From Candidatus Vogelbacteria bacterium RIFOXYD1_FULL_46_19 (GTDB lineage Bacteria > Patescibacteriota > Minisyncoccia > Phycocordibacterales > XYD1-FULL-46-19): 64,000 bases of DNA. The translations under genes and the position numbers were made by a program. Of this stretch, positions 44,051-54,018 are shown piece by piece. The notes below the pieces were generated by a model. It was not told the origin of the DNA. It searched no databases and worked only from the letters and a program-made list of their open reading frames with translations. Position 1 is the first letter of the stretch; every line of letters begins with the position of its first letter. The stretch is taken from positions 6,020 through 70,019 of the forward strand of contig MHTK01000002.1 in assembly GCA_001824825.1 (NCBI GenBank). The letters run 5' to 3'.

Positions 44051-46414
44051 TTAGCCCTCTTGCAACTGACCCCAACTGGGCCCGGTTTCAATATTTACGT
44101 CTAGGGGGATCTCCGCGGTTAAAACCCCCTTCATTTCTTTTTCAATAATCACCCGCACCCGATCAACCACAGGCTGTTCGACCTCATAGATCAACTCATC
44201 ATGAACTTGAAGTAAGAAATGGGCCTGATTAATGAGCCCTGCTTGGCGGAGAGACTCATCAATCCTAATGGTCGCCAGCTTCACAATATCCGCTTCGGTG
44301 CCTTGGATCGGAGCGTTAAAAGCGGCCCGCTCCGCTTGAGCCCGCACAAAGGGTAGTTTAGATTTAAGCCCAGGGAAATAACGCCGCCGCCCAAACATGG
44401 TCTCAGTGTAACCACTAGTGTAAGCCGCCGCAATCACCGTATCAAAATACTCCCGCACCCCGGCAAATTGCTGGAAATAGTTGTCGTGAAAAGTTTGAGC
44501 CTCCTCCCGGGTCGAACCGAGATTGGCCCGCAAAGCATTAACTCCCATACCGTAAATAATCCCAAAGTTAATCACTTTAGCCTGCCGACGCATATCTTTA
44601 GTAACTTCTTCGGGGGCTACCCCAAACACCAGAGAGGCCACCGACCGGTGGACATCTTGGCCGGTTTTAAAAATTTCCAGCAGTTGCGAATCTTTGGACA
44701 ATAAAGCTAACACCCGCAATTCGATTTGCGAGTAGTCTCCGGCCACCCACACATGACCCGGGGTCGCCACAAAACCGCGGCGAATAGCCGCCCCGTAAGC
44801 GTCACTGGAAGGTATATTTTGTAAATTGGGGTCAGTGCTAGACATCCGACCAGTGGTGGTACCGGCTTGATTTAACTTGGAGTGGAGGCGGTTTTGCTCA
44901 TCAACCAACTTAGGAATCGCATCCAAATAGGTGGAGACTAATTTTTGTAGCTCCCGGTATTTAAGAATATCGGTCACAATCGGATGGGCGGCTTGAAGTT
45001 TAAGAAGCTCCGACTCCCTGGTCGAGCGGGCCCCACCGGCTGTTTTTTTCAAACCCTTCGTCGATACCATAAGTTTATCAAACAAAATTTCTCCCAATTG
45101 GCGCGGTGAGTTTAGATTAAATTCCTGACCGGCCACCGTGAAAATCTGTTGCTCCAACTTTTTAAGTTGACCGTGAAAATCTTTCGACAGTCCGGCTAAA
45201 TATTTTACATCCACCAAAATACCTCGCTGTTCGGCCTGTTTTAAAATCGGTAGCAGTGGCTCTTCAATTTCTTGATAAACCGCCAGCAAACTTTTTTCTT
45301 TTAATTCAGCCATTAAAGCCGGCCAAGCCTCTTCGAGGGTTTTTTTACCGGTATAATTCAGCAGGTCAGCCAGGTCGGGGTTGGTTTGATTGGAATCCAA
45401 AATCCACCACGCCACCGCTGCCTGGCGCCACAGCGAGGGGTCCACTTTTACCTCCACTTGATCCTCGGGGGCCACCACTTTCTTATCAGTCAACACCGCC
45501 CGGGCTCGAGCCAGCAAAGTTTTAAAGTCCAATTCCTGAAAAGTTTTTTCCACCCCTCCAAAATCTAGTGTATCCCGCCAGTAGTCACCGGCCAGAGTAA
45601 ACTCAATCGGGGCATCACGCCTGATAGTGGCCAAGGTTTTGGAAAAAAGGGCTTCCTCTTCACCTTCCTTCAACAAGCTAATAATCCGCGGTTTAATACC
45701 GGCGTCCAAAAACTTTTGCTCCCCACCTTTCTTCTGACCCAAGGTTTTATAAATTTTTTCAATCGAACCAAATTCTTGAATCAAAGTGGTAGCGGTTTTC
45801 TCTCCAATGCCCGAGATACCAATAATATTGTCAGACGGGTCGCCCCGTAAACCCTTAAAGTCGGTTAAATATTCCGGCGCAAAGCCAAAGCGGGCGCGAA
45901 CACTCTCTTCGTCATACAAAATAGTATCGTTTAAACCCCGCTTTAGAGTGTAAACCAACACCTGGTCCCCGGTTACCAACTGCATAGTGTCCATATCCCC
46001 TGAGGCGATCACCACCTGCAAATCTTTTTTAGCTTTAGTTTGCTCAACGATAGTGCCGATAATGTCGTCCGCTTCAAAACCCACCGCATCGTAAATAGGA
46101 ATCCCAAAAGCGGTAAAAATATCGCGTGAGCGATTCATCTGAGCCACCAAGGCCTCATCCGCCTTGGCTCGGCCAGCTTTATAGTTATCGTAAACTTTCT
46201 TCCTAAAGGTAGGTTCAGCCAAATCGTAACAAGCGGCCATATAGTCGGGCTTTAACTCTTGGATTATTTTTAAAAGCATGGAAGCCAAGCCATATAAGCC
46301 ACCGGTCGGCTCACCCGCGGCCGACACAAAATCGGGCAAGGCATGATAGGCCCGATGCAAAATAGCGTGAGCATCAAATAAAACCAGTTTCTGACTGTAT
46401 TTTTTAGTGGCCAT
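44051..46414 (-). CDS. polA: DNA polymerase I (5'-3' exonuclease plus polymerase domains)
   Basis: An N-terminal 5'-nuclease domain and C-terminal pol motifs A/B/C (DYSQIELR, RRQAKVINFGIIYG, VHDELIYE). The start was chosen at MATKKY. Confidence 0.9.
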   Translation of the reverse strand: MATKKYSQKLVLFDAHAILHRAYHALPDFVSAAGEPTGGLYGLASMLLKIIQELKPDYMAACYDLAEPTFRKKVYDNYKAGRAKADEALVAQMNRSRDIFTAFGIPIYDAVGFEADDIIGTIVEQTKAKKDLQVVIASGDMDTMQLVTGDQVLVYTLKRGLNDTILYDEESVRARFGFAPEYLTDFKGLRGDPSDNIIGISGIGEKTATTLIQEFGSIEKIYKTLGQKKGGEQKFLDAGIKPRIISLLKEGEEEALFSKTLATIRRDAPIEFTLAGDYWRDTLDFGGVEKTFQELDFKTLLARARAVLTDKKVVAPEDQVEVKVDPSLWRQAAVAWWILDSNQTNPDLADLLNYTGKKTLEEAWPALMAELKEKSLLAVYQEIEEPLLPILKQAEQRGILVDVKYLAGLSKDFHGQLKKLEQQIFTVAGQEFNLNSPRQLGEILFDKLMVSTKGLKKTAGGARSTRESELLKLQAAHPIVTDILKYRELQKLVSTYLDAIPKLVDEQNRLHSKLNQAGTTTGRMSSTDPNLQNIPSSDAYGAAIRRGFVATPGHVWVAGDYSQIELRVLALLSKDSQLLEIFKTGQDVHRSVASLVFGVAPEEVTKDMRRQAKVINFGIIYGMGVNALRANLGSTREEAQTFHDNYFQQFAGVREYFDTVIAAAYTSGYTETMFGRRRYFPGLKSKLPFVRAQAERAAFNAPIQGTEADIVKLATIRIDESLRQAGLINQAHFLLQVHDELIYEVEQPVVDRVRVIIEKEMKGVLTAEIPLDVNIETGPSWGQLQEG

Positions 46415-46844
46415 AACTAATACTTCTAGTGGTGTCGTCAATAAATTTAAAATCAATATTCACCAGTTCCGCCGGTAAAACATCCGCCACTCGCTCCGGC
46501 CACTCGATAACTATTAAATGGCCAGGCTCGGATAACAAATCGGCGAAACCTAGTTGGACCAGCTCTTCCACTCGCTCCAGCCGATAGGCATCAATATGGA
46601 TCAGGCGCTTAAATTTTGACCCGAGTGGCAAATCATAAATTTTTTCAATCACAAAAGTCGGACTAATAACCGTCTCGATAATTCCGAGCGCCTCGGCCAA
46701 CCCTTGCGTAAACGCAGTTTTACCCGCCCCCAAGTCACCCCGCAGGGCCACCACCGTGGCCCGGTCAACTCCGGGAGATAGCTCATTTATAAAATCAGCC
46801 GCCAGTTGCTTGGTTTCCGCTAGACTTTTCGTGATCGTTTCCAT
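46404..46844 (-). CDS. tsaE: tRNA t6A biosynthesis ATPase TsaE (YjeE)
   Basis: Walker A GDLGAGKTAFTQG motif and the typical approximately 150 aa size. The start was chosen at METITKS. It overlaps the polA start by 11 nt. Confidence 0.75.
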   Translation of the reverse strand: METITKSLAETKQLAADFINELSPGVDRATVVALRGDLGAGKTAFTQGLAEALGIIETVISPTFVIEKIYDLPLGSKFKRLIHIDAYRLERVEELVQLGFADLLSEPGHLIVIEWPERVADVLPAELVNIDFKFIDDTTRSISYGH

Positions 46845-46947
46845 AACCAAAATTGTAGCACAAGGACTCCCTTTGCCCACGCTGACCTCTGGTAACAAAA
46901 AAGCGCGCAAGGGTCTAAAGACTCTTGCGCGCTATCCACAGAACAAT

Positions 46948-47583
46948 TTATCGCTGGGGGCCTCGGACCACGCGGTCCGAGGATGACTTCCGTGGCCCTG
47001 GCGGGGGTGGCGTGTGCTGCTTCGGCAGGGCCGGCAGGTGCGCCGCGTCGGCCGAGCGAGACGGGGCTCGCTCCACACTCCGGCTGGGCGCCGGGGTGGT
47101 GCGCCGGCTCACACTGGGCGTAGACACCGAGCGCGACCGCGTCTCGACATGCGGGCGCGTCGTCGGCCCGATTGGACGCGGACGACTGGGCCGCTCGATC
47201 ACAATGGGTTGTGACTCGAGCTGGCGGTTTTCCACCCGCACGTCGTGGCGAAATTCCGCCCACTCTCTCGCTTCACGCGAGATAGTTTGAAGCTGACGCG
47301 TTTGTTCCCGCGCAGCCCGCTCGGCCGCGCGATCCTCGTCCCGCCGACGTTGCTCGTCCAGCCGCGCCCAGTCCATCGCTCGGTCGTGGGCTTGATCACG
47401 CTCATAGGCATCTTGCCGACGCAGCATGACCTGATCGCGGGGATCCTCATAAACCACAACAGTATTCCCCGGTTGGACATACTGTCCATTCCGGTAGTGG
47501 TACGTCATACCACTACCTGTCGAGGCACACCCACCACTAACCAACACCGCGAGCACCAACATCAATCCAACGAACTTACTCAT
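46948..47583 (-). CDS. Lipoprotein, Arg/Pro/Glu-rich, strongly GC-rich (~60%)
   Basis: Signal peptide plus lipobox (LVSGGCAS). The mature part is low-complexity (RRRDEDRAAERAARE..., PSRPRPIGPTTRP...). Several overlapping alternative ORFs exist because of the high GC, so the frame assignment is tentative. Confidence 0.5.
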   Translation of the reverse strand: MSKFVGLMLVLAVLVSGGCASTGSGMTYHYRNGQYVQPGNTVVVYEDPRDQVMLRRQDAYERDQAHDRAMDWARLDEQRRRDEDRAAERAAREQTRQLQTISREAREWAEFRHDVRVENRQLESQPIVIERPSRPRPIGPTTRPHVETRSRSVSTPSVSRRTTPAPSRSVERAPSRSADAAHLPALPKQHTPPPPGPRKSSSDRVVRGPQR

Positions 47584-48213
47584 GTTAAAGTCCTCCCAGT
47601 TGAGGCCTAAGATAGGCCATATTTAGTTACTCTAGGTTTATTATATCACAATCAACAGCAATTTGTCAAGGCCTACCAGGTCGCCCTCTTTTAGCTCAAA
47701 CCTTCTCATAATCAGCTCAATTCTACGGTCAAGGTGTCACCTTGACCGTAGAATTGAGCTCTTCGCACTTACCTATCCGGCCAGTCGTACAAGATAGGTA
47801 GGTTTTATAAACCAGTCCGTCCGTCGATCCCTGGGGCAAAGCCCCGCGGTACTCGCGGACGGCAACGGGGCTGGTTTTTTGCCTGCCCGCCATCGCTTCG
47901 CTCAGGCGCTAGCAGGCGGGGAAGAAGAAACGGCTCCGCCGTTCCATATCACTTTGCCTCCCATCCCCGCCACAAAGTGGACGGGGTATTCTCGGCACCC
48001 AATAAAAATTTATTAAAAAATGTTTTGAAAGTTTAAACAACCCCGACGCAAACCTTCTAACTTAACGGTTTTTCACAATTTAAAGTCTTATGACTTTTTT
48101 CATCCACAGCGTCAATGTTGCTTGCCTAAAATTCGAGTGCTAGGAATAAACTTAGTAATACCGCTCGACTGTGAAATTGTGTTTACGCCGACAAGCAAGT
48201 ACAATAGATAGTA

Positions 48214-49911
48214 ATGTCGCCTACTTTCAATGAAGAAAAGCAAGAAAAACGCTTAGAAGAATTACATTTGAAAGAAGCCGAGGAACTAGCTCAGGTATTG
48301 TCGCAGCGTTACTCTCTGCCCTACATCGATCTTTCAAAAACATCAATAAATACCGATGCTCTTAAATTAATTCCCGAGGTAGTGGCTAGGGAGGCCGGGG
48401 TCGCCACTTTCAAGGTGATTGGTAAAAAGGTTTTTATCGCCGTCATCTCGCCCAACAACGATAAACTTAAAAGCATTCTGGAAGACTTGAAGCAAAAAAA
48501 CTACCAACTAACCGTTTACCTCACTTCCACCAATAGCTTAGACCGAGCTTACGAGCGTTATGCCGAAGTGTCTGACACCAAAAAAACTGAGGCCGGAATG
48601 ATTGATATTTCCAATGACAATATCACCGCCTTCCTGGAAGAATTTAAGGAGTTAGACGATATCACCAAGGCTATTGGTGATGAAGGGGTGCGCGTCGTGC
48701 GCGAAGGCGGGATTTCCACCATCCTGGAAATTATTCTTTCCGGCGCTCTGGCTATCGACGCTTCAGACATTCATATCGAACCGGAAGAAGAAGGTATTCG
48801 CTTGCGTTACCGCATTGACGGCGTCCTGCAAGACGCGGCCTCCTTTAACCCACTGATTTATCGGCCGATTCTATCGCGGATTAAGTTGGTCTCGGGTTTA
48901 AAGCTTAATGTTAAGCAGTCGGCCCAAGATGGACGGTTTTCCATTGGGGCGGGTGATGAAACCAACATCGAAATTCGAACTTCCATCATTCCCGGCGCCT
49001 ATGGCGAATCCATTGTGATGAGAGTTTTGAATCCGAAAAACATTCAAACCACCTTTAATCACCTCGGGATTCCCGACGACCTCCTAGAAATCTTTAAACG
49101 CGAAATTCACAAGCCTAATGGTTTGGTGCTACTAACCGGACCTACCGGCTCCGGCAAAACCACGACGCTTTACTCTTTTCTGCGTGAAGTTAATGATCCA
49201 GAATCTAAAATCATCACGATTGAGGACCCGATTGAGTATCACTTGAAAGGAATCAACCAAACTCAAGTAAATCGAGACAAGGGCTACACCTTTTTATCCG
49301 GCTTGCGTAGTGCTTTGCGCCAAGATCCGGATATTATAATGGTGGGCGAAATCCGCGACTCGGAAACCGCCAAGATTGCCATCAACTCCGCCTTAACCGG
49401 CCACTTGGTTTTCTCCACTCTACACACCAATAATGCAGCCGGCACCATTCCCCGTCTGATCGACTTGGGGGTAAACAGTAAGATTATTAGTTCGGCCCTC
49501 ACTCTCTCCATCGCTCAGCGCCTAGTTCGTCGCTTGTGTCCAACGTGTAAAATTGAAATTCCTCTGAGCGATAGCGAAGAGAAGCTTATTAACGAAGTGG
49601 TGGCCGGGATTAAAAAGAAAAAACCCGACTTTACGCCGGCTCAAACTACTAAAATGTGGTCCCCGGGTAAATGCCGAGAGTGTAATAATACCGGCTACAA
49701 AGGCCGCCAAGGGATTTACGAAGCCATTGTGATGGATGAAGCTATTGCCGAGGTTTGCGCCCAAAATCCGAATGAGCGCGATATTTGGCTCGCCGCCTTA
49801 CCACAAAGCATCCTCGATATGCGTGAAGACGGAATTATGAAAGTTTTGGCCGGGCTGACTTCCCTACGTGAACTTAGTCGAGTTATCGACTTATACGAAA
49901 AAACGGTTTAA
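48214..49911 (+). CDS. pilB: Type IV pilus / type II secretion assembly ATPase (PilB/GspE family)
   Basis: N-terminal GSPII_E domain, Walker A GPTGSGKTTT, Asp and His boxes, and a C-terminal CxxC...CxxC zinc motif. Confidence 0.85.
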   Translation: MSPTFNEEKQEKRLEELHLKEAEELAQVLSQRYSLPYIDLSKTSINTDALKLIPEVVAREAGVATFKVIGKKVFIAVISPNNDKLKSILEDLKQKNYQLTVYLTSTNSLDRAYERYAEVSDTKKTEAGMIDISNDNITAFLEEFKELDDITKAIGDEGVRVVREGGISTILEIILSGALAIDASDIHIEPEEEGIRLRYRIDGVLQDAASFNPLIYRPILSRIKLVSGLKLNVKQSAQDGRFSIGAGDETNIEIRTSIIPGAYGESIVMRVLNPKNIQTTFNHLGIPDDLLEIFKREIHKPNGLVLLTGPTGSGKTTTLYSFLREVNDPESKIITIEDPIEYHLKGINQTQVNRDKGYTFLSGLRSALRQDPDIIMVGEIRDSETAKIAINSALTGHLVFSTLHTNNAAGTIPRLIDLGVNSKIISSALTLSIAQRLVRRLCPTCKIEIPLSDSEEKLINEVVAGIKKKKPDFTPAQTTKMWSPGKCRECNNTGYKGRQGIYEAIVMDEAIAEVCAQNPNERDIWLAALPQSILDMREDGIMKVLAGLTSLRELSRVIDLYEKTV

Positions 49912-49930
49912 CCGAAGTTCCTTGTCATCA

Positions 49931-50099
49931 AGAATATAAACCTCCAAGTAATCTCTTTACTTGTGCAAATAAAGTTAGGTAAATTGGCCAGGATGGTTCC
50001 AGACATACTTGCTATAAAGCGAGCCACCAAAACGTCCTTTTCAACAAACCCGTTAAGCTGTAAACAGCCTAAATTGCTTGGAGGTTTATGTTCTTGATT
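49931..50099. repeat. 22-bp inverted repeats (21/22) flanking a 125-nt segment upstream of ruvB
   Basis: ATCAAGAATATAAACCTCCAAG (49931-52) pairs with CTTGGAGGTTTATGTTCTTGAT (50078-99). Confidence 0.45.
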
Positions 50100-50262
50100 C
50101 TTTCAAAGTAGATTTTTGAGTGAAAAGTAGCCTTTCTGCCTCCCGCGTCGCCCTTTTTACTAAAAATGCTATTATAGGCAAAGGCCGATAAATAGTAAAG
50201 GGGTGGCTTGGTTTTCTATCACCCAACTCAACTTTTCAGAATGTTAGCATAAAGTTTTATAT

Positions 50263-51282
50263 ATGTCAAGTAGCTCACCCATCATCCCCCCTCTCGGGAG
50301 TAGTGATTTAAAATCAGATACTTTTTTAGATAAATCCCTCCGCCCAGAAACCTGGAGTGAATATATTGGTCAACAAAACATTAAAGATAATCTCCGTATC
50401 CTGTTGGAAGCTGCTAGGCGGCGTAAGCACCCGCCCGAGCACCTCCTGTTTTATGGTCCACCCGGTTTAGGCAAAACCACTCTGGCCTACCTAATTGCCA
50501 AAGAGCTTGGCGTCCAAATTAAATCCACCTCCGGGCCGGCTATAGAAAAGGTCGGCGACCTAGCTTCCATCCTCACCAACTTAGAAGCCGGCGATATTAT
50601 ATTTATCGATGAGATTCACCGGTTAAATAAAATGATTGAGGAAGTTTTATACCCAGCCATGGAACAGGGCAGTCTAAATATCATTATCGGCAAGGGTCCT
50701 GGTGCTCGGGTAATCCAACTAGACCTACCGCCCTTTACCCTCGTCGCCGCTACCACGCGAATTGCCCTCTTATCGGCTCCTCTCCGCTCCCGCTTTTCCG
50801 GCGGGGTACATCGTCTAGAATTTTATTCCGACCAGGAAATCAGCACTATTATTGAGCGATCCGCCAGAATTTTAGGGATTAATATTGAAAACGAAGCGGT
50901 CGGTGAAATCGCCAAACGGAGCCGCTTTACCCCCCGGATTGCTAACCACTTGGTTAAAAGGGCCCGTGACTACGCCGAGGTTGAGGAACTACCGCTCTCA
51001 GTGGAAACTATTGCCAAGGCCCTCGATCTTTTAGGTATCGACCAGTTGGGCTTATCCGGAGCTGATCGCTCGGTCTTGGAAGTTTTAGCTCATAAATTTA
51101 ACGGTGGTCCGGTCGGCTTAAACACTTTGGCCACCGCCCTCTCAGAAGAAGAAGCTACGGTAGAAGACGTGTATGAACCCTTTTTAATCCAGTGCGGTTT
51201 GATAGAAAGAACTCCGCGCGGTCGCATTTTAACCAATCGGGGTTATGGACACTTGAATTTAAAACCTCCCGAACATATCTAG
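50263..51282 (+). CDS. ruvB: Holliday junction ATP-dependent DNA helicase RuvB
   Basis: Walker A GPPGLGKTT, Walker B IIFIDEIHRL, sensor motifs and a winged-helix C-terminus. Confidence 0.95.
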   Translation: MSSSSPIIPPLGSSDLKSDTFLDKSLRPETWSEYIGQQNIKDNLRILLEAARRRKHPPEHLLFYGPPGLGKTTLAYLIAKELGVQIKSTSGPAIEKVGDLASILTNLEAGDIIFIDEIHRLNKMIEEVLYPAMEQGSLNIIIGKGPGARVIQLDLPPFTLVAATTRIALLSAPLRSRFSGGVHRLEFYSDQEISTIIERSARILGINIENEAVGEIAKRSRFTPRIANHLVKRARDYAEVEELPLSVETIAKALDLLGIDQLGLSGADRSVLEVLAHKFNGGPVGLNTLATALSEEEATVEDVYEPFLIQCGLIERTPRGRILTNRGYGHLNLKPPEHI

Positions 51283-51331
51283 TCAGCCTAATCCATTTAA
51301 CACTTTTCTTTTTAATTTCTTACACCAAACT

Positions 51332-51868
51332 ATGTCCGGACATAATAAGTGGTCTAAAATAAAAAATAAAAAAGCCGTCGAGGACGCCAAAAAAAGCAAG
51401 TTATTTTCTATGTACAGCAAAACCATCACTATTGAATCAAAAAAAGCTGGGGGTGACATTAACTCACCCGGTCTGCGGGCAGCCGTTGAACGAGCCCGGG
51501 CGGTCAATATGCCAGCTGACAATATTAACCGGGCCGTCGAGAAAGGGCGCCCGGGTAATAACTCCAATTTGGAAGAGGTGCTTTATGAAGCTTTCGCTCC
51601 CGGTGGTGTGGCGATGATTATTGAAGGCATCACCGATAACAAAAACCGGACCACCCCAGAAATAAAACACTTATTATCTCTCCACCAGGCAAGTTTAGGT
51701 GGCACCAACTCTGCCTTGTGGGCTTTTACTAAAACTGATCAGGGTTGGCAAGCCGGCAGTCTGATGCCGGTGGTTGAGTCGGTAAAAAACAGTGTTCAGT
51801 CTTTAATTGAAGACTTAGAAAGCCATGACGATGTCAACCGTATTTTTATTAATGCCGAGTTAAACTAA
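51332..51868 (+). CDS. YebC/PmpR-family protein (short, 178 aa)
   Basis: The N-terminus MSGHNKWSKIKNKKAVEDAKKSKLFSM is the YebC signature. It is shorter than typical approximately 240-aa members. Confidence 0.78.
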   Translation: MSGHNKWSKIKNKKAVEDAKKSKLFSMYSKTITIESKKAGGDINSPGLRAAVERARAVNMPADNINRAVEKGRPGNNSNLEEVLYEAFAPGGVAMIIEGITDNKNRTTPEIKHLLSLHQASLGGTNSALWAFTKTDQGWQAGSLMPVVESVKNSVQSLIEDLESHDDVNRIFINAELN

Positions 51869-51871
51869 ATT

Positions 51872-52360
51872 ATGCTCATTTTAGGGATTGACCCGGGTTA
51901 TGATCGTTTGGGCCTGGCGGTAATACAGAAACTCCCTCACCAAAAAGAAACTTTGTTGGAGAGTTGTTGTATTACCAGTGCCAAGCAGGATGAATTTTCT
52001 CGCCGGCTGGCCACCTTGGGAGAGCCGATTGTTTCTATTTTAAACCGACTACCTATTGACGGCATTGCAATTGAAAATTTGTTTGTCACCAAAAATCAAA
52101 AAACCGCCACCCGAGTGGCTGAGGTTCGGGGAATGATTTTATACCTCGCTGGTAGCAAAAAAATTCCCGTGATTGAATTTACACCACCCGCTATTAAACT
52201 GGCGGTCACCGGCTTTGGTCGGGCTGATAAAAAACAAGTGACCGCGATGGCCCAAAAATTACTGGCCATCCCGCCGGAAACCAAGCGACTTGATGATGAA
52301 TTTGACGCTATGGTCATAGCCCTCGCGGGCCTGGCCCACGCCAGTACTTGGCTTAAATAA
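51872..52360 (+). CDS. ruvC: Crossover junction endodeoxyribonuclease RuvC
   Basis: ILGIDPGYDRLGLAVI N-terminal catalytic Asp motif and the RNase H-like fold. Confidence 0.9.
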   Translation: MLILGIDPGYDRLGLAVIQKLPHQKETLLESCCITSAKQDEFSRRLATLGEPIVSILNRLPIDGIAIENLFVTKNQKTATRVAEVRGMILYLAGSKKIPVIEFTPPAIKLAVTGFGRADKKQVTAMAQKLLAIPPETKRLDDEFDAMVIALAGLAHASTWLK

Positions 52361-52581
52361 TATTTATCCAATTCTATCCCTTTACTCCAGACTCAGAAGC
52401 GTAGTCGCCTGACCGAGAGCGTCGAGTCTGGAGTAAAGGGATACACTCTTAATTATCCACAGTGGGGCCATTAAAAATTTGCCAAGTCACATCTCTTTTG
52501 TTACAACATTTAAAATCTTCGACTTGATTTAAAGTCGCCTGAGTTTTAATAAATTAATTGCATAGCCAGTCAATATAATAT

Positions 52582-52743
52582 ATGGATGACGAGAATAACT
52601 TAAACAACAGCGACGAACTACCAATTCTTGACGAAGACTTGTTGGATTCGGAACTAACAGAAGATGAGTTAGATGAACTCTACGATGATGATGACGAGGA
52701 TGAAGCTTCTTATGAAGCTGACTACGACAACTACGACGAGTAA
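52582..52743 (+). CDS. Candidate 53-aa extremely acidic protein (over 50% Asp/Glu), below the ORF-track cut-off
   Basis: Hand translation gives MDDENNLNNSDELPILDEDLLDSELTEDELDELYDDDDEDEASYEADYDNYDE. It is followed immediately by a strong terminator. A TTGCAT upstream has poor spacing to a -10 element, so the call is speculative. Confidence 0.3.
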   Translation: MDDENNLNNSDELPILDEDLLDSELTEDELDELYDDDDEDEASYEADYDNYDE

Positions 52744-52744
52744 G

Positions 52745-52775
52745 AAAAAAACCGGCGCTAGGGCCGGTTTTTTTC
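52745..52775. terminator. Bidirectional rho-independent terminator (between the small acidic ORF and tyrS)
   Basis: AAAAAAACCGGC-gctagg-GCCGGTTTTTTT. Confidence 0.7.
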
Positions 52776-53960
52776 TTACTCGTCTCTTTTAACGGCCAGT
52801 TTAATAAACTTCTTTTTTCCTACCCGAATAACTTGATCTGAACTGGCGACAGCTGTCAGAGTACTAACCTTAGAATCCGGCAAAACGGTAATACCACCCC
52901 CGTCCACTAAGCGCTTATATTCAGCCTTCGACTCCACTAGCCCAGCTTTGATTAAAACATCGCGCAACATATCTCCGGCTGTGAAGTAAAAAACTTCAAC
53001 CCGTTCCGGCACCTCCGACGTTTGAAATTTGGCAATAAAGTCGGCCTCGGCCGCCTCCACTTGGTCGTCCCCGGCAAAAATCGAGACGATCTCGCGCGCC
53101 AACCTCATTTTAGCATCACGTGGATGCTCGGAGAGAATAGTCTCCACCTCAGCCGCCGGCACTCTGGTACAAATTTCAAAAGCTAGGGGCATCAAGGTAT
53201 CTGGCCAACTCATTATTTTACCGTACATTAGGGCTGGTTCATCTGATAGTGTCACCATATTCCCCTCGCTTTTACCCATTTTCTTCCCGGTCGGATCCAC
53301 TAAAAGTTTGGTCGTCAGCACAAATTTTTCCTGCCCTCGCCGCTTCATCATGGTCCGACCGGTTAACATATTAAAAGTTTGGTCGCTGCCGCCAATTTCA
53401 GCGTTAATATCCATCTGCACCGAATCATAACCCTGCATTAATGGGTAAAGAAACTCGTGTAAATAAATAGGTTCATCTCGCTTGAGGCGCTCCTGGAACA
53501 TATCTCTTTCAATCATTTGGGAAACGGTAAATTCCGACGCTATTTCCACCACCTCTTCAAAATTAAGTCGTCCCAACCACTCTTTATTAAAAACAAACTT
53601 AATTTGGCTTAAGTCTAAAATTTTAGCGATTTGACTTTGGTAGGACTGGTAGTTGGCTTTTACCTCTTCCGCCGAGAGTTTCCGCCGAGCCGATGTTTTA
53701 TCGGTCGGGTCGCCAATCATAGCGGTAAAATCGCCTATTAAGATGGTGATTTGATGTCCGGCCACTTGCAAGTCGCGCAATTTAAGTAAAATAGAGCCGT
53801 GACCAATGTGAATATGTGGCCCAGTCGGATCAAGACCTAGAAAAACCTTTAACTGGCCTCCACTTTGTAAGAATTCATCAAGCTCACCCGTTGAAGGGTA
53901 AATTCGCTCCAAACCGCGTTCCCATAAATTATCCGAAAAAACCGGCTGACTTGTAGACAT
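52776..53960 (-). CDS. tyrS: Tyrosyl-tRNA synthetase
   Basis: HIGH motif (PHIHIGHG), KMGKS motif and a C-terminal S4-like domain. The start was chosen at MSTSQPVF. Confidence 0.9.
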   Translation of the reverse strand: MSTSQPVFSDNLWERGLERIYPSTGELDEFLQSGGQLKVFLGLDPTGPHIHIGHGSILLKLRDLQVAGHQITILIGDFTAMIGDPTDKTSARRKLSAEEVKANYQSYQSQIAKILDLSQIKFVFNKEWLGRLNFEEVVEIASEFTVSQMIERDMFQERLKRDEPIYLHEFLYPLMQGYDSVQMDINAEIGGSDQTFNMLTGRTMMKRRGQEKFVLTTKLLVDPTGKKMGKSEGNMVTLSDEPALMYGKIMSWPDTLMPLAFEICTRVPAAEVETILSEHPRDAKMRLAREIVSIFAGDDQVEAAEADFIAKFQTSEVPERVEVFYFTAGDMLRDVLIKAGLVESKAEYKRLVDGGGITVLPDSKVSTLTAVASSDQVIRVGKKKFIKLAVKRDE

Positions 53961-54018
53961 AATATACCAAATGTACCACGGCTTACGCTTTTTTTCTAGA
54001 TATGCTAGCATTAGCCAC

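Noticed and set aside
46820-47290. Overlapping ORFs 46820..47263(-), 46925..47290(+), 47014..47214(+) and 47199..47489(-)
   Set aside because: These alternative frames within the 60%-GC block are mutually exclusive with the lipoprotein frame. Only 46948..47583 has a signal peptide and lipobox, and even that call is tentative.
51332-51868. Frameshift/pseudogene status of the short (178 aa) YebC-family gene
   Set aside because: The reading frame ends at a clean stop followed 3 nt later by the ruvC start. There is no downstream continuation in another frame, so it is treated as a genuinely short variant.
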